This document shows, piece after piece, positions 63,516 through 64,000 of a stretch of 64,000 bases of DNA. The DNA is from Savitreella phatthalungensis (taxonomy: Eukaryota): assembly GCA_051599415.1 (NCBI GenBank), contig AP039690.1:310001-374000 (forward strand). The letters are read 5' to 3'. Numbering within the stretch: position 1 is the stretch's first letter; every line of letters begins with the position of its first letter. The position numbers were made by a program, and so were the translations under genes. The notes beneath the pieces were generated by a model. The model was not told the origin of the DNA and did no database searches. It was given only the letters and a program-made list of their open reading frames with translations.

Positions 63516-64000
63516 TTACAAGCCCAGATTAGCAGGGCTGCCGAACTGCTTGTCGAGCGCATCAAGAGCTCGTTCGAACATGGCCCAGAGCTTGTCGAAT
63601 GGTTCGAGACCGACCGAGCATCGAACTAGTGCCGTAGGGACACCAAACGAGGCAGCCCAGTCGAGTTCTGTGTAGTGGGCCAAGAGGGTGTATGGAGATG
63701 CGAGTGTGAAGTTTGTTCCCAAAGACGGTCCCTTGGCACAGTGTAGGTTGTCGAAGAATACCTGGGCATGTGGAATGGAAGCGAAAGTGAGTGAGAACAG
63801 TCCTCCGAATCCACCCTCGAACCGATCGGTCGAATGAGGTGGTGCGAGCTCAAGGGGTGTGGTGCGCTTGACATCATCGTATGCTGCTCTCGTGCTGCCG
63901 TATTTCGGATAGAAGAGCTCCGCAACCCAGGGAGAGTCGACGAGAAGGTCGCACAGCTTTTCGGTCGAGGCGTCAACACGCATGATGCGTGAGACAAAGT
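63516..64000 (-). CDS. STR2: Cystathionine gamma-synthase, 3' part (runs off the right edge)
   Basis: FVSRI, GGFGGLFS, KGPSLGTNFTL.SPY..LAHY.ELDW..VRCSVGLE; frame open to the window end. Confidence 0.9.
   Translation of the reverse strand, partial: FVSRIMRVDASTEKLCDLLVDSPWVAELFYPKYGSTRAAYDDVKRTTPLELAPPHSTDRFEGGFGGLFSLTFASIPHAQVFFDNLHCAKGPSLGTNFTLASPYTLLAHYTELDWAASFGVPTALVRCSVGLEPFDKLWAMFERALDALDKQFGSPANLGL

Overview
Eukaryotic (fungal) DNA: very gene-dense, almost intron-free, with TTAGGG telomeres. The gene set resembles fission-yeast relatives (Mug190-, Hpz1-, Phf1-, Mak2/3-like), so a Taphrinomycotina-type ascomycete is my inference. The left end is the unusual part. Bases 1-1052 are a minus-strand RecQ (telomere-linked helicase-like) fragment that the ORF track missed; it is cut mid-domain and capped by (TTAGGG)9. 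A 53-nt spacer follows, which I recognise as the 3' end of the Oxford Nanopore ligation adapter plus native barcode NB06 with its flanks, and then about 16 CCCTAA units. The apparent head-to-head telomere fusion is therefore most likely a chimeric-read mis-join of two chromosome ends. From 1159 the sequence reads as a real chromosome end: telomere, about 2.5 kb of CpG-depleted subtelomere with a 28-29-bp minisatellite, then about 28 mostly housekeeping genes and one tRNA-Cys(GCA). Best gene-level observation: the cytosolic aspartate aminotransferase has a hidden upstream exon whose splicing builds a PTS2-like peroxisomal signal. I found no convincing new multi-gene system. All calls are by eye; no searches were run.
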